A DNA stretch of 64,000 bases from Rotaria socialis. Lineage: Eukaryota. The stretch covers positions 248,001-312,000 of the forward strand of contig CAJNYD010000062.1 of the NCBI GenBank assembly GCA_905331295.1, in the 5' to 3' direction. The translations under genes were made by a program, and so were the position numbers. The notes under the pieces are model-generated. The model made no database searches and had not been told where the DNA came from. It was given only the letters and a program-made list of their open reading frames with translations. Positions 14,571-27,426 of the stretch are shown here, piece by piece. Positions within the stretch are counted from its first letter, which is position 1. The number at the start of each line of letters is the position of its first letter.

Positions 14571-15993
14571 TTACATATGCCGTGAATTTCCAAAGACAAT
14601 ACCAGATTGTGTTGCTCCTTTGTTGTAACCATATTGAGTACTGATTACTGTATTACCTTGTATACGTGTTTCTGGTGAGAAATTCCGTTCATTTTTTTCA
14701 CTTTCTTTTGGACCTAGACCACGGATACCTTGTTTTTGAGTCTAAATATTTTAAAAGTCTAACTTTCTTTTTGTTAAAGAAAATTTTATTTTATTATTTT
14801 ACTTTTCGACCAAGAGCAAAAAGACAAATAATAACTTGATGAAGATTCATTTTTTCGTAGAGATCTACCGTTTGAAATGTTTCTGAATCCGATAACCCAT
14901 AAGTTCTAGCAGCTTGACCAAAACGTGATATATTTTCCATTAATTTAAAATTATTTTCACCTTAATTCATTGAAATAAAACTCTAAGATACGAAAGAATT
15001 ATTTCAAGTATTTACCGCTATTAATTTTTGGTATCGAATTTGGTACAATAGTATTCATTAATCTAATAACGAAAGAAAACAAAGAAAATCCTGAAAAAAA
15101 CCCATCTATGACACTGCAAAGTCAAACTGTATGAAGAAGATATTTTGTTAATATAACGATGAAGCCTAGTTTTTAACAGCATTTTTTTTTCTGAAGCCTC
15201 TTAAATATATGAGCGAGTCACAATAAAAAAAATAGATCAATACATACTGACAAAGTTTGCGTCCATCTCTTAATTGCTGATAAACATTATCCATATCTCC
15301 ACTAGTATCGAATTGTTCATCAATCATTTCACTAATCCACTTCAAGGCTTCTTGAGCTTGCGCTACATCATATTTTGATTGAATCTATATTGATAAAAAA
15401 TAAATCAAGTTTTTCTATCAAACAATGAAATTAATCCTAATAAAATTATATTTTATCTACTTTTTTTCAAATAGCTCTTTTATCTAAGACAAGCTTATGA
15501 GCAGCTCAAATAGTAATCGTTGGTTATTTTTCTAATATATAAGACTGCTAAATCTGTGTATATAGAATTTTTCATGATCTCATACTAACTTCCTTGAAAT
15601 ATTTCTGTCAAAATTTTTCTTAACCATTTACGAAGAAATAGATCCATATATTGACACGTCAAATAGATTCTGGTGAACATACGAAAACAAATATATTATT
15701 CTCTAGTAAATTCTACTAGTGTTACTAAGTAGATTTAGTTCTCATTGATTTTTGATTTTGAAATTGGCTATTGTATAGATATGGCTGATATGATCTTTCC
15801 ATTTACGAGTAAAATGATTTGTAATCGAAGTAAAAATGTGCTGCATGGCTTGAGAAACTCTTTTCCACTCAATAATCGAATAGATAAAAAAGAAATCCAA
15901 AGTGTTTATAATATCATAACTATTAAATATTTTACTGCTTACTTTATCATAAGCTTGTTTAGCAAAGCCATGTTTTTCAGTTCGATCAGCCAT
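14571..15993 (-). CDS. Myophilin/transgelin (calponin-homology plus calponin repeat) protein, 5 exons
   Basis: MADRTEKHGFAKQAYDK/IQSKYDVAQAQEALKWI...LRDGRKLCQ/LMN...MENISRF...FQTVDLYEKMNLHQVIICLFALGRK/...GPKESEKNERNF...QYGYNKGATQSGIVFGNSRHM*. Confidence 0.9.
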
Positions 15994-16939
15994 TATTCTT
16001 ATGTTGTTGTTTCTTTTTTTATATCACTTATTATATTAAGGTGAATATTTGGATATATTTCAGAGCGAAATGGGGACAAGAGCAAAAAATGTATGTGTAG
16101 CGTGTGATTGAATAATATTATTAAATAAGCAGAATCAGACAAATGAAAAAAAATCTAGTTTGGTATTGTCAATAAGAAACAGGCTTTTGCTGGCTTTTTA
16201 TTTTTCTATGTGAGTATGCACTCACCTTCATACACATTTCTTATTTTTCCCTTTAATTTCTCCATCTGCGTAAATTTTTATTACATTCTATGTTACACAT
16301 TGCGTGACATTTTATCGAGAAACAATTAATCTAGATAACATGAATCATACTAACCTGTTCGTTTGAGTTAGAACAAGAAAAAAAACCAGTATCAAGGTAA
16401 TCGGAGAATCGAATTACATAAAACAAAATAAATAAGCATAACCTTGTTAGCGTCAGTAGATGGCACTCACTGACGCTAAACGTTTATTCGTGTTATCTGT
16501 TGTTATGATCTCTATTTTGATTTGTTACGTAATATTTTCGACTATGACTAATCCTCGTGATTGATTTTCGTTCGCTATTGCGCAGTTGTTGATGTTCTAT
16601 CGTATCGAATACTCGATACTTAATATATTCTATATATGATACGACGACAAAAACCTATTATTGAAACATGTTTAGCTCTCTATTTTTGGCAGACTAAATA
16701 TTAGTTCTACCATTAATACATAATCCCCAAAACGAGAGCTAACAAACTTGATTGATACTTAAGTGTCGCCAATAATTTATTCATGTTAAGAAAAAAATGC
16801 AACAAACATTTGTAGAGTATTCAGAATCATATTCACAAATATATTATATAAAATATTGCTACGGTTTTCACATCTTATGTGAATCACATTTTCGTGTATT
16901 TTAGATATAATCTCATATGTTGTAATTACTAATAGAATA

Positions 16940-19900
16940 ATGACATCATCGAAGCAACGTTCTATGCGGCTACCACGATTCAAATTATGGCATCCAATAT
17001 TACCGGCATTTTCAGCTCGCTTAATCATAGCGTTTCGCACTCTCCTAGGAATTACTGTAAGTAAACAATGAAAAAATGCACGTTATACATGAAAAACTAT
17101 TCTATGTTAAATCTAAAAATAATAGTGTGTAGCTGGATTTACTCTTTCTCCAATAACATCTCAATTAATACAAGGTCAACTTCTGCTGGGTATTAGTTTT
17201 ATAGTTGCTATTAAAAGTACACTTGGTGCAACAATTCAAACAGCCCTTCGTTTATTTATTGCTGGTGCCATTTCGGCTGCATATTGTCTTTTAATTATTA
17301 ATTTTTGTCCACGAAAGGTTTCTGTAGGCATTGGTGCAACGAATATTCTGGTTCTTCTTATTGTTTATACTGATTTACCTGTAACTGTTCGTCGATTTTC
17401 TATTGTACCGACATGTATTATACTTTTACAATGGATAACAAAACCACATATAAACACTTTTTTTGTACTTCAAGTTTGGCTGTCATTAACAGCAGGTGCT
17501 ACACTTGCCGTGATTGTTACAAGTATTCCATTGCCAGTTATACCAACTGCCTATCGAGAATTAACAATGCGTATGAGATTTATTACTCGACAGGCACGAC
17601 GTGAAATAACAGCTATTGTTTTATTCATATCTGAATATCATAATATACATTTAAACGAAGGATATGATGGCCAAACTGATCAAAATATATTAAATGCGAG
17701 TAATTCTGATGATAATAATGATGGTGGTATTGAAATGCCATCGAATTCTTATCGTGAAGACGATCTTTATCGTTGTTCAGCGTCACTTGAAGATTTAAAA
17801 GATGATCATTTACTTAAAAGTGATATACAAGATTTGCATGCATTAGTTAATGAAGAACTAAAACAAATGCAACGTGCTTTGACTGAAATTTCATATGAAC
17901 CCTATTTCATATTTTTGACACTCCTCAATTTCATAAGAGGATTCTTACGACATGTTCCGTTTATAAAAAAGTTCATCAAAACAAAATCAACATTGGAAAC
18001 ACGTTTATCAATATGGACGACAAGTCTTGCCGCTATACAACGAACAATTACCGGTTTATTAACATTAGATCATCATCATCGAGCATTTGTTGGTCAACGA
18101 CAATTAATTAATGTAAGTTTTCTTTTTTTAAAGAGAAGTATGCATAAAAGAAGTTGAAATAATTTTCGGAAATAATCTACAAAAAACAAATGAATATTCT
18201 ATCGTTTAATACAGTTTGCAAAAAAATGATTATATCCGCGTGGAAAACTGTGATGTTAGAAAATATTTTTAAATAGAAACGATCTTCTGCATATTAGTTT
18301 TAACAGTTTTTCTCTTTTAGACAATATGTCGTCTTCTTGATTCAACATTTGATTTCTTGGATTCGACAATTCGATATACAACATCATCAACAAACTATTT
18401 CAATACAACACAAACCATTGCTTGTCGAGTTAAAGTGGAAGAAGCACTTGAAGACTTTTTTGAAACATATACACAAGTACGCGAAAATCCTCGTCATGCT
18501 AAGATATCAAATACAGATGCCATTCATTTGAATACATTTCTTCTACTTATTTTACGCCTTGTTCATGTAACAATCACTGCTGCTGAAACAAGTAAAACTC
18601 CTGGTGCTCGTCTTGATACTGGTACAGATTCAACAACAAATGTACAGAAATCAAAAAAGCCATTCAACTGGAAAAAACCTTTTTACGATCTTGCTACTTA
18701 TATTGGTATAAGACCATCGTTTGGTAAATTAGTACGCGCAGTAAAAACAAGTTTAAGTGTACTTATTTCTGCTGTCGTTGTTTTCACATATCGTAAACGT
18801 TTACAAGCATACGGCTGGGTTTATTGGGCACCCATGACTACAGCACTTGTTTCCGATTCATCTGAAGGTGGTACACTTCGTTTATCATTTCAACGTTTAA
18901 TGGCTGTCTTACTTGGTTCAACTTATGCATATGTTAGTGTACTTGTCACACAGAATCATGTAGGTGTTGGAATATGTATTTGTTTATTTGTTGGATTAAT
19001 GGGATATCTTAAAACAGATCCAAGAAAAGAATATTTTGCTAGTGTCTGTGCGCAATCAGCGTCGATCATAACGTTTCTATCCAATCATCAGGGACAAATG
19101 GATGAGTCCAATAAAGCTGTTTTAGCTCGAACAAGTTTAACATTTCTGGGAATATTTATACATGTTCTTATTTCTAATATATTGCTACCAATTACAGCTC
19201 GTGCATTAATTAAAAAGAAAGTAATTATTCTTCTACTTTTTGTTTTTGGAAAAGAAGAAATTTATGGTTTTGTTGAACAATATTTAGGTATGCTTGATGA
19301 TTAAAAATGTATCTGGCTCATTACAAGCGTCATGCGATGATTTTTGTACATTTATTGGTTCATCAGTTACACCTCAACCAAATACATCATCAAAACAAGC
19401 ATCATTTAATCTAATGAAAACTCTTGGAGAAACTGAAGGTATTGCTGACAATTTTTCTGCTCTACTTGATGAAGCAATCAATGAACCGAACTTTTGGAAA
19501 CGGCCATTTGTGCAAGTGAAAGATCGTTACAATGACGTCGCTAAATCTTTACGTCGAATTAGTGCGAATATTCGTTTTGTTCATCGTTGTACAACAATAC
19601 TTGAAGCTGAATCAAAATTACATTTTGCTCAAGAAGCCAAGTAATTTTGAAAAATTTCTCTTAAACTATATCTAAAGTGAATCAAAAGTAATGACCGAGA
19701 CAATTCAAGCTCTTATAAAAATCTCAGTGATCAAAACGGTTGATTAAAAAAATATTTCATGAATTTATTTCTGTATTTTCTTTCTCTTCTTCAAACTTCG
19801 TTTTTTTCTCAATTATAATTTATGAAGGACGTCAAGGAATGATGTGTAAAACAAACCAATTATACGGAAAAAGTATTATTGAGCATTCTTCAAATATTTC

Positions 19901-20742
19901 TGTTAACTACTATTTTTGATATCATCTAAATTCTATGTTAAATTTTCTTTAGATGGCAAATGCGTCGCACAAGTATTGCTCAGGTAAACACTGGTGATGA
20001 GTCCAAACCATCTCATTCTTGGACAACAACTGATTTACGCAAAGAAAGACAATTACAAAATGATCTTGACATACCATTAACAATTTTTATGAATTATTCT
20101 ACAAATTCAACAGCAAGATTTGAACAAAAAACTTTAGTATCGAATAATTCATCAGCATCACTTCGTTTAGCACATACAACATTATATCAACCTGTTCTCG
20201 AACATATTCGTACACTTGAAAATCAAATTCAGAGAGTATTATCTTTAACAGAACAATTAATCAAAACACAAGCAGCAGTTGATGTTGGTTCATTTGAATT
20301 ACAACAATTATGTCGGGAAGATTCATATGATGAACAGCAAATAAAACTTTTAAAAACTCAAAGAAGATTAAATCGTGGCCCATCTTTTTATGTTCCTCCA
20401 CAATCTGAAGCACTACCAATGGTTGCAAATCATTACAAATTTTTGTCTTGTTGCCGTAGTTCACAAGAAGTTCCTGAACCATTACCATCATTACGTAATG
20501 CTGTCGATTTAATGTTTACATCATTAATACAATTTCTTCATGCTAATAATCGTTTTATTCGTACTGAATTTGTATCAAGTCAATCGATTGGTGACGTGTT
20601 AACATTTCATACGTTGTCTTATGCACTAAGAGATATGGTTGAAGCAACAACAGACTTGGCGAAAAATGCTCGACGAATTAAACATATCGATACACGAACA
20701 TTAATACGAACGAAGCGAGAAGAAAAACTTCCGTCACCATAA
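16940..20742 (+). CDS. FUSC/aromatic-acid-exporter (ArAE/ALMT-clan)-like multi-pass transporter, about 5 exons
   Basis: Two hydrophobic blocks, each followed by a soluble region: AFRTLLGIT...KSTLGATIQTALRLFIAG, and RAVKTSLSV...YWAPMTTALVSDSSEGGTLRLSFQRLMAVLLGS...LARTSLTFLGIFIHVLISNILLPITAR. Canonical introns, first at 17057-17125. Confidence 0.7.
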
Positions 20743-23700
20743 ACAAAATAATTAAAATCAACGAAATTTTCATACCAATTTATTCTGTTAATTCTTTATT
20801 TTTTTCAGAAAATTCAAAAAAAATGTTCTATTCAATTTTTGCATCTCAATGGAAAGTTACGTTCTAGTCTAGCTATTATCTTTTGTTGTCAATGAATGAT
20901 GTGCACTAGCGTTCTCTTCTCACATTTAATCTAGCATAACCATCTACTGTCATATTTGTTACTTTTTGTTCTTCTTCTTATCACTACGTAAACTCAAATA
21001 AATACAAGATAAAAGATTATCTAGTTTTTTTAATTTTATAACTCATACATGTTATTGCGAGAGATACAGCGATACAATCAACCACAATTGGATATATCAT
21101 GGTAATACAGTGGAAATAAATGTTTTGTCTCAAGTAACATAGTTCTTTATTGATGTTCTTTTATACATATCAAAATTCTTTGTGGTTCAGATTGTTGAAG
21201 ATCAAAGTCATATTACAAATTACCGAATTTCAAGGGCTAGGATTTGTTACAATGGTATTTTGAAAGTTTTAAGTGGGTTTCAACATATTTGCTAGTGAGA
21301 GATGCAACAGCAATGGCCAACAGTTGGCCTTCATTGCTCTATCCTTAGTAATTGTCACGTCAAACATAAAATGAATAAATTTCATCTACAAGAATTTTAA
21401 TTTCAAAGTTTTGCTTTGTATTTATTTCTTAAATAAATGAATTTGTATACCAACATTATTGTTCCAGACGAACAAACGTAACTAATTACAAAAATAATAT
21501 TACTTCAGTATATCGCTTTTCAATATTGTTAATCCTTATTTCAGAGAAACGAATGAAAATTTTTCTATGTTTTCATCGATAAAATTATTGATTCTAAACA
21601 TATGAAATGTTCAAATCGTATAGGTCGAAAATTCAAAATAGATATAAGCTACACGATTGATATCATGATGCAAGCACTTACTAAACTATAATTAAAGTGC
21701 AGTATTACTTATTATACAGAAATTTTCATCAAAGCCAATTAATAATCTTTAAATTCAAATATCATTGAATCACTTTTATAATGAGCTCTTCATATTGTGA
21801 ATGATAAAAAATAAATCAATATTCATTCATATGACAATATCTGTTTTATATTCAGAAAGTTTCTTTTTTTTAATTTAGTACATTTTCTTTATAAAATAAA
21901 TCTTCTACTATTAGAGTATTACAACGATAATATTTTTTCAAATCTATACAACTATATATTGACCAATAGTAGGTAAACATAAGCGTTCTATTTATATTTT
22001 TATTATGCATAGCTGAGAATGCAAACAGAGCAAAAACTAAATTAGCGATTAAAAGAGTTGATGCTGCTGTCTATCAACTGTTACCACTAGCGCAAATATA
22101 AATACCGATATACAAGGCAAAACAATCTATACAACGACAAGAAAAACAATTACTGCTAAACATTTTTTTCCTAAATCTGTGTTAATTTGTATTTTTACAC
22201 TATTGAAAAGATTACAACGTCTGGATATTGATCATAGGTGTATAATACATTTTGGAATAGTATCACACCATCGAATATATTTGGTATAGTATGGCATTCA
22301 GTTGAATGTGTAGCAAACAAGCAATATCGAAAAAGAAAACTCTTTGTTACTCGTAGACCATGATATATTTTTCAAGAATTTATTTGCAACATTGAATTCA
22401 GTTTGATCTATGAAAGGCGCCAATGATGACTAATTTAGTAGCTTGTGTCGAACCAAAAGTAATTTTTGTTTATTCATTTCTCCTCCAAAAAGTATGTTAA
22501 CAACTTTTTGTAAGTATGAAACTAATACATAATATGAGCCCTACAAAAACAGCAGCAATCAGTGAATGAATTGAAAACATGAAACGATTTTTATTCTATT
22601 TCCTTGTATTCTGTTAAAATAGAATTATTTTCCTTCTCTCAAAAACTAATGTAGTATCTTATCCGATGTTTACATTTAGGAAACATTAGAAGAAAGATTT
22701 TTTTCTAAAGAATCAAGTTAGAAATGTCTTGATTTGTGCGTTGCTCGTGTATATTTTCTTGCTTACAACAAAAGCCCAAAGTTTTCATGTCAATATTCGT
22801 TACTTCAGGTTAATTCTGACTATTTGTTCACGTTAGACATTGGATCCTACACATGTATCTAACGTAAGTCAATCAGTTCGGTTAGTTCATGATTGCATAC
22901 ATTTACTGGCCATCAGTAAATATATCCGATATAGAATCGCATTGAAATGAGAGAACTACATTACACCTTATTATAGTTCGTTAGTGTTTCATTTTATTAG
23001 CGCATACACTTTTCAAAAATTAGAAATGGTCTGACATTGCTAATGGAAATCGCCAGTTTCCCCCCTTGATATTATAATATGTATACATCCTAGAGGTTGA
23101 ACCTATATGTGGAACACGTTTTTTTTTATCTATGAATCTAATTTATCGATGTCTAAGCACTTCAATATGAAGTCGATACCTACGAGTACAGTTAATACAT
23201 AGCTAATCAATGATAAATTATATCGTTCAGTACAAACTGAAACACTTGTGATGCTATCCCTTTTTAGATATTAATAAATTTTTGATATAATTGATTTCTC
23301 GTTAATCCATTAGATTTCTGCTGTTTAACATTCATATGTATGTGAATTACGATATTGTGCAATATAACATTTTATCTCTTTCGTTTATTATGGAATGTGT
23401 CACCACACGGAATCTTACACTGTATAGATGTGTCAGAAAGAATAACTAAATGAACGACCAGACGCAAGTACGACAGCGTAACCTCGAAGTAGGTCGATCT
23501 TATGCATGCACATAAATACATCAATTTTCCTTTCTCAACATTTCTCGATAAAGAAGACAGTCAATCTTTCGTTCATAATATCCTGGTGAGACGTCGAACC
23601 ATTCTATAATTTAATGTAATTTTTACTTTTAGATAGTTTGCTTCTTCTTCTTCTTGTCCTCGGCTATCCTAGACGATGTGTATCACAGTCAAACATATAC

Positions 23701-23976
23701 TCGTAGTCCAATTTTTTGCTATCGATTATGAGTAAATAAATAAATTAATAAAGATAAAATCAAGTAATAACATGTTTTCTTGCTAATCTAATTTATTTAA
23801 TTGATTCATTTTTTTCTTTTGTAAAAGCAATAATTACTCTCTTCTATTATCATCTGGATTTATCCATGATTTAGTTCTCTTACTCTCATATGTATGATAT
23901 TAATACTACACTTTGTTTCAGAATTTATTGTATCTAATATCTTATTTTGTATGGACATCAATCGCTCATATGTATC

Positions 23977-25350
23977 ATGATTCAAAGAGCAGTACCAGGT
24001 GAATTTACTCATCATTGCATTACAGCTTCGTTTCATTCTCTGTATAAGCTAACTGAAGATTTTTTTCAGTAAATGATTTAGTATTTTCGATAAAATATCA
24101 TCGACAAATTGTTCATTTTTTAGTGGTCGTTTTTCAGCAGTGAAAAAATCCATAAGAAAAGATACAATAGATCAAATTTATGCAGCAAAAATAATTAGAA
24201 AACGCCATTTACAACAAGCCATTAATAAATTACGAATACTTCAATTATCGTGTAAACATCCAAATTTTGTAAGGCTTTATCAAGTATTTTATTTATCAAG
24301 TGAAGCTATCTTTATACTCGAGTAGTAAGTTACGAAAGAAGAAGAGAAAATCATTAACGATAATTATATTATATGCATATTTAAGTGCACAAGAAGGTGA
24401 TTTACAAATAGTTCTCGAATTAGAAAGTTGTTTAGAAGAATCAAAAGCAATAAATATTACTAAACAAGTACTCGAAGCTGTAGCATTTCTTCATGATAAT
24501 AAAGTTGTTCATCTTGATATAAATGTATTGTTTATACTATTTACAAGATAGAGAACTCAGATTGTTGTAATATCGAGCGACATACTCATCTAGTTGACAT
24601 CTAATGTGGTACTATGCTTTGAAGAGTATAAATATATATATATATATATATATTTATGAAGTTCATTGCATGATTTGTTTTTGGTATCAATGTGTATACT
24701 AATAATGAAGACAAACTTTTAATATTTATTGTTAAGACATTAGCTCTCAATGTCGACTATTTTATCGTATTTCTCCAGAAAAAAAGCAATCTGTGTTTTT
24801 CAGCCAAAAAATATTCTTCTTGCAAACAAATGGCCAAGTACACAAATAAAATTATGTGATTTTGGTCTATCTTGTATATTAACTAATCAATGTTTATTAG
24901 AAATGTCGGGTACAACAGATTTTCTTGGTAAATACTTCATACTATGGCTTGTTTTCTATAATTTTCTTCTATTCTATAGCACCCGAAGTAATCAATTATG
25001 AACCAGTAACATGTGCTACTGACATGTGACATATTGGTGTTTTGATTTATGTACTTGTTAGTGGTCATACACAATTTGGTGGTGCAAATATATTAGATAC
25101 ACAAAATAATATAGGACAATGTATATTTGATTTTCCAAAGGATTTATTCGAAAATATATCAAAGCAATGTATTGATCTTATAAAAAACTTAATTGTTCGA
25201 GTAACAAAGTAAATATGCTATTGAAAAAAGCTTAGTTAGTTGTTTGTGATGCATTTTTTATATTTAAATAGACACCAAATGACAGCGAATGTCTCACTTG
25301 AACATTCGTAGATAAGTTCTAATGAAGAAACAATATTATCAAATTCTTGA
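23977..25350 (+). pseudogene. DAPK-family (DRAK/STK17-like) Ser/Thr kinase, probable unprocessed pseudogene
   Basis: Exons give GRFSAVKK, YAAKII, VVHLDINPKNILL, IKLCDFG and GTTDFLAPEVINYEPVTCATDM*. TGA at 25027 replaces the DMW Trp and TAG at 25309 replaces the HPW Trp. The alphaC Glu reads Lys. Introns are retained. Confidence 0.8.
24633..24653. repeat. (TA)n microsatellite
   Basis: Run of about 10 TA units inside a kinase intron. Similar runs occur near 33388, 40948 and 54880. Confidence 0.85.
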
Positions 25351-25737
25351 GGGTGTAAGACCATGATAATCATGATATACTACTATCAATGAATAATAAT
25401 CAATGCGAAAATAACTATGCAAACAATATCAATACGAATAGTTCTCTTTCTTTTTGTCCTGATAGTATCGGATCAATACCATCGCGTGACATAGTTGTAG
25501 TGCATTATTCGTAGTATATGCTCTGTTCTGAAAAAATAAGCGTTTTATTTTATGTACGTAATTTTTCTACAGTGCTGCTTCATATATGTATTTCGTTGTT
25601 AATCTATACAAATTATAACAAATTACTTGATAAAGTAGTAATCAGTTTTTATATTATGATCTTATACTCTCTGTTTTTTTTCTTTAGTATGTTAGGAGAA
25701 GCAATCAGGTTCTGTTTTGTTCTTGTACTGAAAGTTA

Positions 25738-26047
25738 CCCATGTAAAAAGCATTGGATTAACGTTAACAATCAGATTAATAATCTATTATAATGGCACTG
25801 TTATAATCTGATTTTAATCAGATTTTTCCATCTTAAAAGGTAGACTATTTTAGATTTTGATTTTGATTTTAATCGGTTATTATAGTTTTGTAGGTAATCA
25901 ATTAAAAAAAAATTAAAAAAAAAAAAATCTGTCCTTTAAGATGGAAAAATCTGATTAAAATCAGATTATAATAGTGCCATTAAAATAGATTTCTAATCGC
26001 ATAAAAATCAATTATAATCAGATTGTTTACAATTTTTTTTACATGGG
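25738..26047. mobile_element. MITE / non-autonomous DNA transposon, 310 bp, near-palindromic
   Basis: Terminal inverted repeat CCCATGTAAAAA...TTTTTACATGGG flanked by TA on both sides (25736-37, 26048-49). An internal inverted repeat of about 46 bp: GGCACTgTTATAATCTGATTTTAATCAGATTTTTCCATCTTAAA vs its reverse complement at about 25933-25978. Confidence 0.85.
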
Positions 26048-26800
26048 TATCTTAACTCGGCAGTTTTTCGTTTGACTCTTTATGTAATTCGATGCTATAA
26101 TTATCGAAGTCTGCTTCTATATTTCAGCAAAGATGAATCGTATGTTATCAATCTGTCGCGTCTATGATGTGCTAGTTTATATTCAGAAAAAAGATCTTTC
26201 TAACAACTATTTGTTGAGACTATTCGATTTCTACGAAATTATTCATCTACTCTACTATGTGTTAATATAGCTTCCAAAATATAAATGTATACATCACTAT
26301 TCCATATTATAATAATCTATTTTTATTAATGATATATAAACAAATTACAAGATTTAGACAAATAGCTTATGCATTCCAAAATTATATTTCATTATACAAC
26401 TGAATATTTTTGATGATAAATGCATGCACATAAACGCTACGACAGATGCCGTACATAGCCATATCAATTGTATTGATTGATCGATATTGCTCGTTATAAC
26501 TCAAACATAAGATTTTTCTTTCAAGCAAAAAAAACAAATTCTTCTTTCAGTCTATTCAATGTATGACAGTAAAAAATATTTTTTGAATTCAACTATTTCG
26601 ATTCGTAGATCATGTTCTCTCATGTACATTATCTATATACACACGAACACGAACACAGAGATACACATAGTATAGTATGATAGGGAAAGAGCTTAGCTTT
26701 ACTTAAGGGCGAAAAAGACGAAAATGATTTGTTGTCGTTCTGCTCTTAGTCTCTATTCTTTTGTTTAGATTGCATTACATTCGAATCACAAAAGAAAACC

Positions 26801-27167
26801 ATGGAACAAGATTCGTCAAACAAACTCGATGTTGTTTCAATGGTCATTTGGTTATCTACCGGCAATGGTAAATTTTTTGAATTAGTAAGAATAAAATGAA
26901 TATTTTATTCGCATTCAATAATTTCTATGTTTCATTTTATCTTTAAAGCATGGTTCTCGTGAAATAATCAGACAAGTTTTACCTAAATCATCGGAGACTG
27001 CTTTTCGTTGGGGTTATTATAATTCACCGGCTGATCCTGATCGACAATCCTATACTCAAGTACTTGAAGCTTTCCTTCAAGCAGGTTTTCATATTGAAGG
27101 TTCATCAGGTGCAGGTACACAAGGTCTTCTTCGCACGCAATATATTCTTGTCAAACGTAGTTCTTGA
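26801..27167 (+). CDS. Small (100 aa) protein resembling an isolated KCTD1/15 C-terminal (GFRP-like) domain, copy A; absent from the ORF track
   Basis: Exons 26801-26884 and 26949-27167 (phase-0 intron gtaaga...aaag): MEQDSSNKLDVVSMVIWLSTGNGKFFELHGSREIIRQVLPKSSETAFRWGYYNSPADPDRQSYTQVLEAFLQAGFHIEGSSGAGTQGLLRTQYILVKRSS*. Confidence 0.7.
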
Positions 27168-27426
27168 TACAAAAAAGGAGAAATGAATGTATATTCTTTT
27201 ACTATCAATTTTTGGTTCTCAGGAAGCTCTCCTGTCGCATTCGTTTATTTCATTCATTTAACCAGTTTGCTGTTTTCTTCTAGTCTATTAGTTCATGTTG
27301 TTTCATCAAAGGTATTCTCATTGCTTTGATTTATCACAGTGTTTGTTTTTTCAAACGATAAAAAATTGGTCATAGTTTGTAGGAAAAAAATCTTATTTGG
27401 CAATAGCTGTTCTTTTTTGTTTGCAG

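Noticed and set aside
25027..25029. TGA as selenocysteine or a reassigned Trp codon in the kinase
   Set aside because: A second Trp is replaced by TAG, catalytic residues are also altered, and neighbouring genes use TGA as stop.
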